Positions 1 through 12,981 of a stretch of DNA of 64,000 bases are shown here, piece by piece; position 1 is the first letter of the stretch, and the number at the start of each line of letters is the position of its first letter. Source of the DNA: Eledone cirrhosa (lineage: Eukaryota); the NCBI GenBank assembly GCA_964016885.1, contig OZ024746.1, positions 93,000,001 to 93,064,000 of the forward strand, read 5' to 3'. The notes below the pieces were generated by a model, which was given only the letters and a program-made list of their open reading frames with translations, was not told the DNA's origin and ran no database searches. The position numbers and the translations under genes were made by a program.

Positions 1-932
1 TTATTCTCAGTTGCTTAATGCCAATGAAACCAGTATAAGCACCGACCTGATGAACTTTCAAGGCTTGGCACTGACTTTAACTTTCACTTTTTAACAAGGA
101 AAAAAGTAAGAGCTGATACAACTTGTCACCAGTGTCATTACAACTAATTTTTTCCATCTGAATGGACTGAAGCAAGGTAACAAAGTATCTTTCTTAAGTA
201 CACAATGCACTATCCTGTCAGGGAATCAAACTCATGACCATACAATGGTGAACCCAGCACCCTAACCACTAAGCCACACTCCTTCACAATTCAGAGTGAA
301 CGTGAGAAAATGAGAAATTATTATTTTAAAGCAACTCCTCAACAATTTAATTTTAAGATAAAGAGAAAAGAAATATCAAATTTAATCCATCACCATCTGC
401 ACCACTACAGCACGACACTGCCACCATCAACACCACTACAACATAACACCCCCACTTCCACCAACATGACCACAACCACTTACTTTAAAATATATTAAAA
501 GCATTTGCTTAGAAAGAAAACATAATAAAAGAAAGTTCTTGATAATATCTACACCCAACACAACTGTCCTCTGGGGGGTTTCAGATTTCGGGTGGATCCA
601 CTCTATAAAGAAGTGATTCAACTCTTAACATCCTGTACCACATAAAACCACATTAGCAAAACATTCTTGAAAAGTACAAAACTGCACTGTGACTGTACAC
701 ATTAAAAATTAACCTTTACTCTACTACCTCAGATTTTTACAACAATTTGTCCACTGGTAAAGATATTATAAACATTTGAATGAACAAACTGTTTTTTTTT
801 TTTAGATATTTTCTATTAAATCATTACAAGATAAATATGAACATGATTGGAATAAATGACAGTCTTCTGGTATGAAATAGCACAGATTAGAATAGAAATA
901 GCTGTGCAAGAAACAGTAACTTATCTATCCTC

Positions 933-1303
933 TTAACCTTTTTATACTAAACTACCTGAAAACACCCCTGGTCCTGTAATATGAAACTGCCTGTTATAAA
1001 GCATATATAATATATATTTATCTAAAAACCTTCCATCATAATTTTATGTAAGAACCTTTCTTATCCTATGCATGACCATATTTCTAATGAAAGACTGCCT
1101 TAAATTTTCAAATCATTTTGAAAATAATAAAAAAAATTTGGAAGGTTTAGTAATATAACTTTCTCATTATTAAGCTGGTATTTGAAATGTATCATATTGA
1201 TTCTTACATAAAAGTATGATGAAAAGGGTTTTTAGATAATATGAACATTTTAAAAGAGCTTTGTACTATAAAACCAGGAACTGTTTGGTATTAAAAGGGT
1301 TAC
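933..1303. mobile_element. piggyBac-type non-autonomous MITE (family C, degenerate)
   Basis: TTAA-CCTTTT ... AAAGGG-TTA termini; body shared with copies near 14820-15060, 34320-34790, 41463-41655 and 42040-42270. Confidence 0.55.
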
Positions 1304-1411
1304 ATTATGTTCCAAGTATTGGCTTAATAATAAAAATTCTTAATTATTTTTCTTTTTAAATCACAGGCAGCCTCTTTCCTTAGAAATATAGTGACAAATG
1401 AGTTAGCGTTT

Positions 1412-1800
1412 ATCATCATCATCACCGTTTAACGTCAACTTTCCATTCTATCATGGGTTAGATGCGTTGTCTTATTTGAGGCAAGTCGAGGTCAGATGAC
1501 CATGTTGAGGTCAGATGACCATGTTTTGCTCATACAGAACCAAATTTGGCTGGGTTTCTATAACTGGATGCCCTTCCTTATGCCAACCACATTTACAGTG
1601 AGTACTGGGTGCTTTTTGTCATGACACCTACATGACCACTTTACAGTGTGGGCTGGGTCCTTTTTGTCATGGCACCTTCACAACCACCTTATAGTGTGGG
1701 CTGGAGGCTTTTTGTCATGACGCCTACATGACCACCTACAGTGTGGGCTGGGTGCTTTTTGTCGTGTTGCCATCATAAACATTTTACAGTGTGGGCTGGG
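1412..1800 (-). mobile_element. RTE-tailed SINE-like element with internal ~45-bp degenerate tandem units
   Basis: Reverse complement of the recurrent tail ...CCCATG...TGGAAA..GACGTTAAACGATGATGA and of the AGGAAGGGCATCCAG motif; repeated ACCACTTTACAGTGTGGGCTGGG units. Confidence 0.65.
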
Positions 1801-1946
1801 GGTTTTGATGGGTAGGATGTGTGGGGATTAGAGAGGTGTGTGAAAAAGGTGAAGGTGGTGCATATCAGATGTAAGCTTCAGCCTGTGCTCATGGGAGGTG
1901 TATGGGGGGAGATGTGAATACGATATGTATGCTTCAACCTGTACTC

Positions 1947-2021
1947 AAGAGAAGTGGGGTCTTCTGTATTACTGCATAATGCCGGTTTCTCTGGTGTTAT
2001 ACAGAAGACCCCACTTCTCTT
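1947..2021. repeat. Inverted repeat: 23-bp perfect arms, 29-nt spacer
   Basis: AAGAGAAGTGGGGTCTTCTGTAT (1947-1969) is the exact reverse complement of 1999-2021. Confidence 0.9.
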
Positions 2022-2115
2022 CGCCTTTGAGACGTGCAATTGTGCAAGGTCATTTATCTAAAAACCTTTCATTGTAATTCTATATCAGAATCCTTATGTT
2101 CCAAACATCAGACAA

Positions 2116-2296
2116 ATAATCTTTTCTGATTTAGGCACAAGGCCAACAATTTTGGGGAAGGCACAAGTCAATTAAATCGACCCTAGTGTGTTACTGGTAC
2201 TTTATTTTATCAACCCTGTAAGGATGAAAGGCAAAGCTAACCTTGGTGGAATTTGAACTCAGAACATAAAGAGCTGTAACTATATGCCACAAAGCA
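2116..2296 (-). mobile_element. tRNA-derived SINE (Meta-like body), long subfamily, 5'-truncated
   Basis: Reverse complement of GAGTTCAAAT (B box)...GCCTTTCATCCTTAC..GGTTGATAAAATAAAGTACCAG...GGCCTTGTGCC. Confidence 0.8.
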
Positions 2297-2640
2297 ATAA
2301 CGAGGAAGTTATATTACTTAATCTCTGCATTCTCATTTATTTTTATTTATTTTTATTATTTATTTGTTTGTTTTGAAAATCATGGACTGTCTTTCATTAT
2401 AAGTAATATAGTAATGAATGAGTTGAACAGGTTTCCATTATTATAATTTTATGTCAGTGCTAGAAACTCATAAAATTTCCTAATGGTAGTGATCCCTTTA
2501 CATTCTTCCTCTTCTTTCTTCTTCCTGCTCCTGCTCGACAAGGCTAGTGTCATCCTAAGCCAACAATCCCAGAAGCATCATTGGGTGTAGAGCTGATGAT
2601 CTTTTTACATACAGAAATATATATGGTAGTATTATTTACA

Positions 2641-2826
2641 GTGAATTGGCAGTATCGGTAGAGGGTCGGACACCATGCTTTGATGCATAGTTACGGCCCT
2701 TGCCATTCTGAGTTCAAATCCCGCCGAGGTTAACTTGGCCTTTCATCCTTACGGGGTCGATAAAATAAAGTACCAGTAATACACTGGGTAATTGCTGGCC
2801 TTGTGCCAAAAGTAGAAACAATTATT
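2641..2826 (+). mobile_element. Full-length tRNA-derived SINE (Meta-like body), short subfamily, with 13-bp TSD
   Basis: A box TGGCAGTATCGG, B box GAGTTCAAATCC, body GCCTTTCATCCTTACGGGGTCGATAAAATAAAGTACCAG; ATTATTTACAGTG duplicated at 2631-2643 and 2821-2833. Confidence 0.9.
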
Positions 2827-3045
2827 TACAGTGGAAATAAGTGGGTGAGAGTTGTCTTTGTCATATAGACACTATAGCAACAGTGACTATAAACTGTTCA
2901 CACCTGCCCAATCTCTTCACCTGCGACTCCTCTCTTCTATTTATAAATGCTTGGATACAGAAGAGCTATCAAAAAGTTTGTGGACTAAAATTGGTAGTGG
3001 TGGTGGTGGGAGTTTACAGTACTATTCAAAAGCTTTTTATTAAAC

Positions 3046-3251
3046 TTTTTTTCTTTTTTTTTCTTTTCTTTTCTTTTCTTTTCTTTTCTTTTCTTTTCTT
3101 TTCTTTTCTTTTCTTTTCTTTTCTTTTCTTTTCTTTTCTTTTCTTTTCTTTTCTTTTCTTTTCTTTTCTTTTCTTTTCTTTTCCTTTCTTTCCTTTCTTT
3201 TCCTTTCCTTCCTTTTCTTTCCTTTCCTTTCCTTTTCTCTTTTTTCTTTTC

Positions 3252-3284
<33 letters not shown>

Positions 3285-3340
3285 CTTTTCTTTTCTTTTC
3301 TTTTCTTTTTCTTGTTTATCTTCCTCTTGATCTTTTTCTT
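3046..3340. repeat. (TTTTC)n microsatellite abutting a LINE tail
   Basis: Directly visible. Confidence 0.95.
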
Positions 3341-3562
3341 CTCCTCCTCCCACTTATTCCTGAGGGGGCAGAGTCCTCAAACTCCTTCCAGTGTGTCCTG
3401 GCAGAAGCAATCATCTCCAACTGATCCGGCTGGACACCCAAGCAAGGCCAGCCAAGCTCATGGATGTTATCCAACCATCTTGCTCGGGGTCTCCTGCCGG
3501 TTGGTTTTGCCCGTAAAATCTGTCCAGCGATTCTTTCCTACAACATTCTAACCACATGCCCA
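3341..3562 (-). mobile_element. RTE-clade (Rex3/Expander-like) LINE 3' end fragment
   Basis: Reverse complement of the LINE end at 29520-29770 (GHVVRM.ERIAGQILRAKPTGRRP...). Confidence 0.85.
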
Positions 3563-3894
3563 AAAATTCAACCAAATATTTAAAAACAACATTAACTCTA
3601 GACACATAAAAAGCTCTTGATTTATTATGTGTCAGATTGAACATTGATTACTGACATGGTTTGGACAGGTCCGTTACAGACTGAGTCAGTATGTAATTGA
3701 AGCTACTGTCCTCCTAGACAGGTCAGATATACTCATTAACAATAATAAAGTACTGCAACTGTCACTCTCCACCTGAGCCCATGTCACCAACTTCTGATGT
3801 GGTCACCACTACAACCAAGAACTGACTGGGCAGAAATTCAGTTTGCTATCCAGCACCTATAAAACATTTCATGTCGGGTTACATATTATGGTCC

Positions 3895-4119
3895 TTAACC
3901 CTTTAGCATTTACATTACTCTCTATATATATACTATTATATTTTTACGGTAAAGGTTTTACCTCACATAATTATCTTACATAAGAATGAGATTTTGATAT
4001 TATTTATTTTGAGAACAATACCTTAACATTAGTATGAGTGGCCAGTTACAACCAGTTTGAACAGAAAGAGGTGATAGAATTCTGGCTGGATATGCATGGT
4101 ATAAATGCTAAAGAGTTAG
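3895..4119. mobile_element. piggyBac-type MITE (family A)
   Basis: TTAA-CCCTTTAGCATTTA ... TAAATGCTAAAGAG-TTAG terminal inverted repeats; a partial copy follows at ~4353-4556. Confidence 0.75.
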
Positions 4120-6878
4120 AGCCCTGATATGTCTAACATTGGCTATAGTGCTCTTTGAATAATAACACACAATATAAAGGTATATATCCTTGTGGATAGT
4201 GTGCTGGACTAGTGATTATAAGATCGTGGGTTTGATTCCTTGACCAGGCACTGTGTAGTGTTCTTCAGCCAGATGTTTTATTTTAAGTTGCTTTTCATGA
4301 TAAGACTGGGCCCCCTATCATTTAAATACACAAGGAACCTCATTGGGAGCGAGTTAACCCTTTACCGTTTACGTTACTCTATATTTACTATTGTATTTTA
4401 ATGGTGAAAGCTTTACCCCTCATAATTATCTCACATAATATCAAATCTATGAGATTTTGATATTATTTATTTTGAGAACAATAGATTAACATCAGTATGA
4501 GTGGTTGGTTACAACCAGTTTGAACAGAAAGCTGTGAGAGAATTCTGGCCAGATATTCTTGAACCACACAACAACTTGGAAAGTCAGAACACACTCACAC
4601 ACATCACATGCGAGTGTGTGGGTGAGTTGACTTCATTTTTACATCAATTCTTCCATGCTGGTGTGGATTGGAAGGGACGTTTTACGACAATGTTTTACAG
4701 CTGGATGCCCTTCCTGACACTAATCCTGTTAGTTGCTTCTTATGACATGCAGGGATACAGTTTACCTATTCTAAACCGGATACACACATGCTAGAAGTCT
4801 GCTTGATAAAGGCTTACCTGAGGCTACACAAACACAATATCACCACAAAAATAAGCACTACCTACATTTAAAATATATATCTATTTACTCAGCACAGTCA
4901 CCATAATATAGCTATCTCAATCTAAAATATTATTATATATTTAATGTTCTTAATGGAATTCTTCATGATTAAGTGATGCAATTACTTCATCATATATGAA
5001 GCTTGGAAATTAAATTAATTTTGTGACTGTCTTTCTGAGATTGTCTTGGTTTTCATTATCATCATTGTTTAATGTCTATTTTCCACACAAACATGGGTTA
5101 GATGGATTGTCCCATGTGAGGCAAATCAGATCAGGTGAACATGTCTTGCTCATACAGAACTATTTCTGGCTTGGTTTCTATGGCTGGATGCCCTTCCTAA
5201 TGCCAACAAAATAATAATTTTAGTAAATCCATCTCTGGTTCTATGAAATAAAACCATCCATTTTAAAGGTTTCCAGTTTAAATTAAAATCTTCCAACATA
5301 ATTTTGTATAAGAACCTTACATTAAGTTACTATATTAGTAATGAAATAATTAATAATTTTAGTAAATCCCTCAAAATTTTTCATTAATTAATTAAAATAA
5401 TGTATTTCATTAGAAATGTGGTCATGAAAGGGTTAATTCAATTTGAAATTATATCTAAGAAGACCAAACTAATGAACCAATTGTTTCCATCAGAAAATTT
5501 ATCTCAATAATGGAATAATTAGAATTATATAGAATCTAGTCAGTTATTATTTGTTGAGATTTATTTTGTGGTAAAGATTAAAATGTTATTTTACTGTTTT
5601 GTAACTTTTAATGTTGCTTTACATCCATATTCCTTTGTTAATATAAAACAGATTGGATTTTACAAATTTCACCACCACCATCACCATCATTGATGTTTGC
5701 TTTTTGTCTGTTCTATAACTTAGTGATTCCAACCCCCTTTAAATAAATAAATAAAGTGATTGATAAAATGAGCAGTAGATTTTGATTTTTAAAAAAAAAA
5801 AAAAAAAAAAGGTACTGGAGTTGATAAAATTGATTAAATCTTTCTTGGCTGTGCCATGAACTCAGTCAGATGACTGAAACCAGTAAAAGTGTAACAGAAT
5901 ACTGTCATAGTATAGGGACCTCTTTGTCTGGGGACCCTGGCATTTATAGGACACATGTCTTGTGTCATGATTGGTATTGACTATGTATCATGACACGTGT
6001 GTGTGTAGAAATATACAATATATATATATGTGTATGCCTGTATGTGTGTATGCATGCATGAATGTATGTATGTGTATGCCTGTGTGCATGTGTTTATGTA
6101 TGTATACACATATATGTAAAAATCAACTGGTGCTATTGATAAAAAATATAGAAGCTAAAAGAAAGTGTTATTGTGTTGGATGATTAAATTATTGTTAGTT
6201 TATATCACCTGTGTATATACTGACTGAATGAAGACTGATTATTGTTGTATAGCTCCAGGTGTGTGGCACCTTAAGTAAGTGTCTGTCTTCCTGTCTCGGT
6301 TAGACCCAAGCCTTGAGAGTGAAATGGAAGAGACAAAAACTGTGTGGGAGCCCATCAGAGGGTTTGTACATGTGATTCAAAGGGCCAGCCCTGTCATATA
6401 CTGTATGGAAGCCCATCAGATGGTCTGGACATGTAATTCAAAGGGCCAGCCTTGTCATATACTGTATGGAAGCCCATCAGATGGTCTGGACATGTAATTC
6501 AAAGGGCCAGCCTTGTCATATACTGTGTCACTGAATCACCATCACCACCACCACTACCACATCACCATCAATTTTATGCCCACCCTTTTCAGCACCCCAC
6601 ACACACTTTTCATATTCTATAACATTCAACATCCTAAGGTCAGCTCCCACTAATTCTGTCCATGACTTTTCAGTATTTTTCTTCCTTAGCTGCCTTCTAT
6701 TTGGAAGCTCCTATTACTGCTTCACACAATACTCATTAACCATACACATCAGATGTCCCTGACAATTATATAAAGAGTTCCTCACTCACACATTACTTTT
6801 AGGAATAAGTTGTTCCATTGGACAATTGGAACACTTGTTGTTGAAACCAGTGAAGGTCCATTTTATACAATCTGTAAA

Positions 6879-7698
6879 TCTATATTATAAGGGTGCTGGC
6901 TGTCTGTCACACTCGCTTCATGTAGAAAGGAGGAGTGCCAAGTGAGAGATATGTACATAGAGAAAGAAAAGAGAACGCTGTGTGTTTTTGAGGTGACAGA
7001 AAGTTATGACATGCGTTGCCCTCATCTATATAGAGAGGAGGAGCTAAAATACCACGCTGACCTAGGTGTAGTGTCTGTCACCCTCTCCCCTTTCCCCTTC
7101 CTTTCTTCCTTTGTTTAGTAGTCCTTGCCCTTCCCCCTCCTTTTCCTCTCATTTATGACATTTATAGTAAAAAAAAAATGTTTTAAAAATAACCTGTAGC
7201 AGTCTGTGTTACAGCTCACAACAATGTAAGTTTTGTTGGCCTCCTACAATGGTGTCTTGGGTGTTTTAATAATAGGGATCCAAGTCCTATCATGTTGTGA
7301 CAGCTCACAATGTAGGTTTTGCTGGCCTCCTATGATGTTGCATATCATGGGGGTTTTAATGATAGGGATCCCATGTTATTACCGCTCACTCCTATGTAAG
7401 TAGAGCTAGCCTCCTACAATGTTGCATCTCATGGCTGTTTTCTTGGATGATTTAATAATAGGGACCCAGTCCTATCATGTTACAGCTCACTCCTATGTAA
7501 GTAGAGCTGGCCACCTACAATGTTACATCTCATGGCTGTTTTCTTGGGTGATTTAATAATAGGGACCCAGTCCTATCATGTTACAGCTCACTCCTATGTA
7601 AGTAGAGCTGGCCACCTACAATGTTACATCTCATGGCTGTTTTCTTGGGTGAGTCTAATACACTAACCACCAAGCCATACACCTCCACTGTGAGCTAG
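6879..7698 (+). mobile_element. Probable non-autonomous Helitron carrying a ~101-bp tandem array
   Basis: A|TC-TATATTATAA..CTGTCTGTCAC 5' end and CTAG|T at 7695-7699; the 3' hairpin is unclear. Confidence 0.45.
7205..7652. repeat. ~101-bp tandem repeat, about 5 copies
   Basis: GGGACCCAGTCCTATCATGTTACAGCTCACTCCTATGTAAG at 7461 and 7562, with more diverged copies upstream. Confidence 0.9.
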
Positions 7699-8544
7699 TA
7701 TTTAAACTGTAGCAGATACACTGGACCTTCTGTCAGTTGTTTAGCAGGATTGAACTGACATTCATTGGGGAAATCGTTTGTGTTTGAAATTCATAAAATA
7801 TTACTTTAACCTAAGAAATACTTAAAGCTTGCACTTTAGCATGAAAGTGTGTCACTGTGCATTTGTATGTATGTATGTGTGTATGTATTATTGTGTATGT
7901 GCATGTATTAGTGCATATGTGTTAACATGTGTGAATGTGTGTCTGTGTTTGTGTGTGTTAGCATGTGTGAATGTGTGTGTTTGTGTGTGTTAGCATGTGT
8001 GAATATGTGTGTTTGTGTGTTAGTGTGTATAGGTTGTAGAACCTTTTTAGAAGCTGTCTGTAGGAATAAGATGATGGTGAAGGTGAAACAAAGATACAAC
8101 CTTCATCTCTAAGTGTTATCTGATATGAGGGGAGAGAGAAATACCAGATCCAATGACATTTTACTGTGGTGAATGTTATGGAAACTACATTTTTTAATGT
8201 ATCCTACAGGCTGTTGTTATATTTTTATACTTATTGGCACACAGACAATAGACAATAAGCAGTAGCTTGGCTTAGCTTATACTTCTGTAGTTTTTCACTC
8301 TCTTGAGAGAGAGACAGTATTTTTTGCATTCTATTGTTTCATTGGTTTGGCGATTTGTGATGGGAGAGAAAATATGAATTCTTTATAGCATAATAGCATA
8401 TGTATATATATACGTGTATGTGTGTGTATATATATATATAAGCATGTGTGTGCCTGTCTGCACACATGCGTGTGTATATATATATATATTTATATACTAG
8501 CATGGGAGAACAGATTATGTGTTTGTGTATATATATATATATCA

Positions 8545-8900
8545 GACCAAATTGGATATTCTGGAATGAAAACCTGCCGATGAAGGGATATTCTTGTTCC
8601 ATCAAAGAATGTATCAATGAGGTGCATATACATTATGCAGCTTGTAATGTTTCTTCCCAGAATCCCTGAAACCTATCGAATATTTTTATCGATTCATGTC
8701 CTTTCAAGATGGTCCATGTTAGTGTTCGACCTCTTTGTCTATATCGATGTTGTTTTATTATTGTGGCAAGATGCTTTTGGTCACTTTATTCCTAGTGTCA
8801 CACTTTATTAACTTTTTGTGTTTACTCTGGATGAAAACATATTAGTGACTGTCTCAAACAATTCAATTAGTATCTGCTATACTGCGGCTGCAATTTCGAT
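8545..8900 (+). mobile_element. Possible Penelope-like element remnant with degenerate hammerhead-like core
   Basis: CCGATGA-AGGGAT...ATCCCT-GAAAC arrangement; the segment sits between TA microsatellites. Confidence 0.4.
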
Positions 8901-8908
8901 TTATACTC

Positions 8909-8949
<41 letters not shown>

Positions 8950-9689
8950 TACTGGCATTGAAGAACAATGTATGATGATGTGTGTGTGTGTATATATATA
9001 TATATATGTATATACTAGCATCGGAAAACAATGTAAAATGGTGATGATGATAGGGTGTGTGAATGTTTAGTAGTTAGGATGTTCAGCATGTGGTTGTAAG
9101 GTTATGAGTTAAATTTCAACACACATACAACATACATACATGCATTCACACACACATGCGTACACACACCTGCGTTCACATACATTCAAACACAAATATG
9201 CATACATGCACATACACCTTGCTAAAGTGCAAGTTTTAAGTATGTGTGTCCTTGAACAAGACACTTTATTTTACATTGCTCCAGTCCAATGAGTTATACT
9301 AGTAATTCAAAAGGCAGCCTTGGAACACACTGTGTCATGTCGAATCTTTCTGAGAATTACATTAAGTGTATACATGTCTGTGGGATGCTCAGTCACTTGG
9401 ATATTAATTTCACAAGCTGGCTCTTCTGTTGTTCAAATAACTGAAACACTCTTCATCAGAATCATTGAAAGTCCAAAGTATATTACATCACCACCATCAT
9501 CACAATAACATCCATTTCCTCTGCTAGCAAGGTTATGGTGTGTTGTTAGTCAACAGAGCCAGTGAATCAAAAGACTGCATCCCACTTACAAGTCTTTCTG
9601 TTCTATATTGATTGCTCTGACAGACTAGATGTCTGACATATGATTCCAAGCTCTACCAACTGCATTTTACCATGGCACTAACAACAGGG

Positions 9690-9975
9690 GGACATGGAAC
9701 CGTGTAGCCTAGTGGTAAGGGTCAGACTTACGACCATAACGTTGGTTTGATTTCTGGACTGGGTTGTGTGTTGTGTTCTTGAGCAAAACACTTCATTTCA
9801 TGTTGCTCCAGTATATTCAACCGAAAATGAGTACCAGCAATAGCTGGGAGTTTAACCCTTCCATGGACTGGCATCCTGTCCAGGAGGGAGTATTGTACTC
9901 TCAGTCGCTTAATGCCATGGAAACCAGGATAAGCACTAACCTGATGAGCCTCCAGGCTCGAGACAGACTTTAGAG
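9690..9975 (+). mobile_element. tRNA-head SINE with CORE-like and V-like domains, 11-bp TSD
   Basis: GTAGCCTAGTGGT A box; GTGTTCTTGAGCAAAACACTT (CORE-like); ATGGACTGGCATCCTGTCCAGG (V-like); TAACAACAGGG / TAACAATAGGG at 9679 and 9976. Another 3' end of this family lies at 1-80. Confidence 0.8.
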
Positions 9976-10439
9976 TAACAATAGGGAGGTTATGCCTTTG
10001 ACATAGCTGAAGAGACCCCCACCCCGACCCTCTTTTGGTGCATGTTTTCTATGGCTGGGTGCTTCTTTTATTACCAACCACTTCACTGAGTGTACTGGGT
10101 GCATTTATCATATATATCACCAATACTAAAAATTCATCTCAACCCTTTTAGCATGATTTCTACAGTAGAATGCCCTTCCTATTGCCAACCACCTTACAGG
10201 GTATACTGGGCACTGGACTAGAGAGGTGGTGGTCATTGTGTCAACTGAAGTGCCCTCTTTTACCACATGGAGAGGGTGTGAGTTAAGATTGACAGGTTGT
10301 TTGCTGGAATAGGAGAGTTACTAAGGAGTGATAGTGGGAGTCAGGGAGAACATACAAGGTGTTGGGGTGTGCAATATCAGACACTGTTTACCAGCTAACA
10401 CTGGAGTGTGCATATATAATATGTTGTATCTATAATATA

Positions 10440-10625
10440 TAATTGTTTCTACTTTAGGCACAAGGCCAGCAATTACCCAGTACATTACTGGTACTTTATT
10501 TTATCGACCCCGTAAGGATGAAAGGCAAAGTTAACCTCGGCGGGATTTGAACTCACTGTAAAGGGATGTAACTATGCTAGAAAGCATGGCGTCCGACCCT
10601 CTACCAATACTGCCAATCCACTGCC
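10440..10625 (-). mobile_element. Full-length tRNA-derived SINE (Meta-like), short subfamily
   Basis: Closely matches the reverse complement of 2641-2826. Confidence 0.9.
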
Positions 10626-10934
10626 TGACAGCATGTCCCAGTTAACAAAACTGATAATCTTTGTCATCTCCATTCTATTGATTCCAGGACACCATCTAGC
10701 TATTAAAGCTGAGCGTGTGTTTACAATATAGAGTATATACAATATATTGTGTATACAGTGTATAGTGTATATAACATGTGGTGTTAACTTTATGTGTATC
10801 TTGAATAAATCCCAATTTCCATTGAAATCAATTGAATGGACCCTGTTATTGCTGTTTAACAATAATAGCAAGCAGATCAATATTTAATAAATGAGGTTTG
10901 ATTCCTCTCACAACAAAATTTCCACATTACTCCC

Positions 10935-11221
<287 letters not shown>

Positions 11222-11306
11222 ATATGTTTCCCTCCCGTTCTTATCTTCTACCCCCGCTACCCTACCCCCATTCTACTCATCTAACCTCTCTTCTCTTCCC
11301 CCACAG

Positions 11307-11368
11307 CATTGTCTGGTCTTCCTTTTCACCTAGCCTTTGAATTCATTGTTTGTATCCATCTCTCTCAG
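11307..11368 (+). CDS. Internal coding exon (62 nt, phase 1 to 0): x-LSGLPFHLAFEFIVCIHLSQ; possibly the end of a RUN domain (RUSC-like)
   Basis: CTAAC branch point at 11281, pyrimidine tract and CAG acceptor, then CAG|GTGAGC donor. Only one frame is open and it ends in phase 0, matching the next exon. LSxLxFHLxxxF resembles the RUSC1/2 RUN C-terminal block as I recall it (unverified). Confidence 0.7.
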
Positions 11369-11439
11369 GTGAGCACACAGATGTCACCAAGACACTGGGA
11401 CACTGTGTCGAACTAATGAGTCACTAAGGCACTAGAGTA

Positions 11440-11711
11440 AAGGTGTTGGACTTACAATCATAATGTTGTGGGTTTGATTCCTGGACTGGGTTATGTGTTG
11501 TATTCTTGAGCAAAACACTTTGCTTCACTTTGCTCCAGTGTACTCAGCTGTAAATGAGTACCAGCAATAGCTGGGGGTTTAACCCTGTAATGGACTGGCA
11601 GCCTGCCCAAGGGGTACTCTTGTATTTTCAGTGGTTTCATACCATGAAACCAGGATAAACACTGGCTTAATGAGCCTTCTGGCTTAAGAAAGAATTTAGA
11701 TCTTTTTTAGT
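11440..11711 (+). mobile_element. CORE/V-like SINE, 5'-truncated, 10-bp TSD
   Basis: Same family as 9690-9975; CACTAGAGTA at 11430-11439 and 11712-11721. Confidence 0.8.
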
Positions 11712-12981
11712 CACTAGAGTACTGAAGCACTGGGACACTGGACACAGTGGCTTAGGGACACTGACACTGTGTGTACATAAAGTTCAACAATAGTTAGTGA
11801 AGACAGAAAGCCATTGTGGTACTGAAGCAGATAAGCATTGAAGAATAGAAGTGCAGAGACACAGAGGCGGTAACATTGAGGCACTTGGGAATTGACAGAC
11901 CCATGAGTTATCAAGATATACAGAGGCACAATATATATGGAAAAAAGACATTCTAAGAGCTATCATTTTGGTGCAGCAGTAGTCATTATCCTCATCATCA
12001 CTTAATCTTTAGCATGCTGAAGGCAACAAAATGCACTATAGTGATCTCCCCTTAATAGATAATGCAGTGTCAAGGGAAACAATAAAAATTACTTGCTAAC
12101 GGTTAATGTCCACTTTCTCTTCAAGCAAGGGTTGGACGGTTCATCACATGTCAAGTTAGTACTCAAACAGAGCTACTGACCTCTAACGAACCAGAGACCC
12201 ACATCTCTCATACACAGGACCAATAAACAAAGTAATGTTCAACTTTCATGAGCATATTTTTTATGGAAGATTTTCTAGTGTTGGCATGATGCACCCAGTA
12301 CATTCTGTAAAGTAGCAGTGCTGGTACCATGATAAAATGCACTCAGTACACCCTCTAAAGTGGTTGGTGTTAGGAAGGGCATTCAGCCATAGAAACCATA
12401 CCAAATATGGAACATCAGAACAAAACATAGTTTGCCAGCATGTCTAGTCTCAGATTGTGGTGATCCAGCCAACCTATGCTTGAATGTAGAATGATATAAT
12501 GAAAATTACTGTGTCCAGTGCTCAGGTGCACTACAACTCATCAAAGGTGCATGTATAGTACATAGAATAATGTACAAATATCAGGAAAGTGAACAGTGTA
12601 CGAGTCATGATATACACAGACACACACACACACACATGCATGCAAGTGTATGGAAGGGAAATATCAGGTGTACCGTTGAAGAATTTCAAGAAGCATGGAA
12701 ATTTTGAAGGATGCAATGTCCTGACAGCTATGCAGGTATGTTCTGTGCTTCAGCAACTCTGATGATGAATTAATGAAGAATTTTGAGAGATTTATTAAAA
12801 TTATTTTATCTAAAGATTTTAATTTGAATAAGAATCCTTTAAGATATGTGGTTTTGTTTCATAGAGCAGGTGGCATCAAAAGGGGGTTAAAAAGTACTTG
12901 TTAGTACTGTTAGTACAGTTGTAACATGAATTTTCTTGTATGTATACATATATAGATATATATTTATATGTATATGGTTAA

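Noticed and set aside
2641-2720. tRNA genes at A/B-box motifs
   Set aside because: No cloverleaf; these are SINE heads running into SINE bodies.
2841-3551. 236-aa Phe-rich and 122-aa Lys/Arg/Glu-rich ORFs
   Set aside because: (TTTTC)n microsatellite plus an antisense LINE fragment.
9941-9966. CTGATGA-GCC-TCCA-GGC as a hammerhead core
   Set aside because: No GAAA follows the stem; it is the ordinary 3' stem-loop of the CORE/V-like SINE.
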